A DNA stretch of 9,572 bases from Amoeboaphelidium protococcarum X5. Taxonomy: Eukaryota > Fungi > Aphelidiomycota. This document shows, piece by piece, positions 9,320 to 9,572 of the stretch. A model generated the notes under the pieces. That model was not told the DNA's origin. It did no database searches and worked only from the letters and a program-made list of their open reading frames with translations. How positions within the stretch are numbered: the stretch's first letter is position 1; each line of letters opens with the position of its first letter. The translations under genes and the position numbers were made by a program. Where the stretch lies: the NCBI GenBank assembly GCA_023515725.1, contig JALDTO010000111.1, forward strand, positions 1 to 9,572, read 5' to 3'.

Positions 9320-9572
9320 AAGCAGCTCAATTCTTACACGATTTCAATTCAGCTTCCCAATCATCAAGGAACTGGGACATGCTTTAGTCACCACCGCTAA
9401 GATGACACCTAAACTGGTCAATTTACAGGCACATTTCCACCAACTTGAGCAATTTATTCTTATGCGGCTCAAACACGTCTTTAAATTTGAAATGACCATC
9501 CAGATTTTCGATAGGGATATGCTGAGGAGCTAATCTAAGCTAATCTCTTCTATCAGTGACCCAATCCCAGTT
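9320..9572 (-). repeat. Right arm of the long inverted repeat (partner 104..356); runs off the window end
   Basis: Same alignment as the left arm. Confidence 0.95.
9327..9572 (-). CDS. Protein kinase-like protein, C-terminal end (5' partial), copy B, inverted paralogue of copy A
   Basis: The reverse strand reads NWDWVTDRRDQLRLAPQHIPIENLDGHFKFKDVFEPHKNKLLKLVEMCLQIDQFRCHLSGGDQSMSQFLDDWEAELKSCKN, ending at TGA 9329-9327. Colinear with 104..349, no indels. Confidence 0.8.

Noticed and set aside
1-9572. DNA transposon defined by terminal inverted repeats
   Set aside because: The repeat arms are kinase coding sequence, no transposase-like ORF lies between them, and the outer ends or target-site duplications are not visible in the window.

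Overview
Compact eukaryotic genomic DNA read with a non-standard nuclear code: TAA/TAG = Gln and TGA is the only stop (translation table 6). The supplied standard-code ORF track therefore shows only fragments and antisense shadows. Retranslated by hand, the window holds six genes. (1) The 3' end of a divergent protein kinase (+, <2..349). (2) A spliced hypothetical gene (-, 457..~1350, 5' end unresolved). (3) An intronless 1239-aa Skg3/Caf120-like double-PH protein with a Q/P/Y-rich tail (-, 1736..5455). (4) A bacterial-type YdhF-like aldo-keto reductase with two GT-AG introns (+, 6000..7069). (5) An APC-family amino-acid permease (+, 7562..9151). (6) The 3' end of a ~91% identical second kinase copy in inverted orientation (-, 9327..>9572), so two kinase paralogues bracket a ~9 kb four-gene block. 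TAR=Gln, short introns, moderate GC and a fungal-type Skg3/Caf120 gene together point to a fungus-related lineage, best fitting the aphelid Amoeboaphelidium protococcarum (inference). No RNA gene, CRISPR array or transposase was found. Family assignments come from recalled motifs, not database searches.
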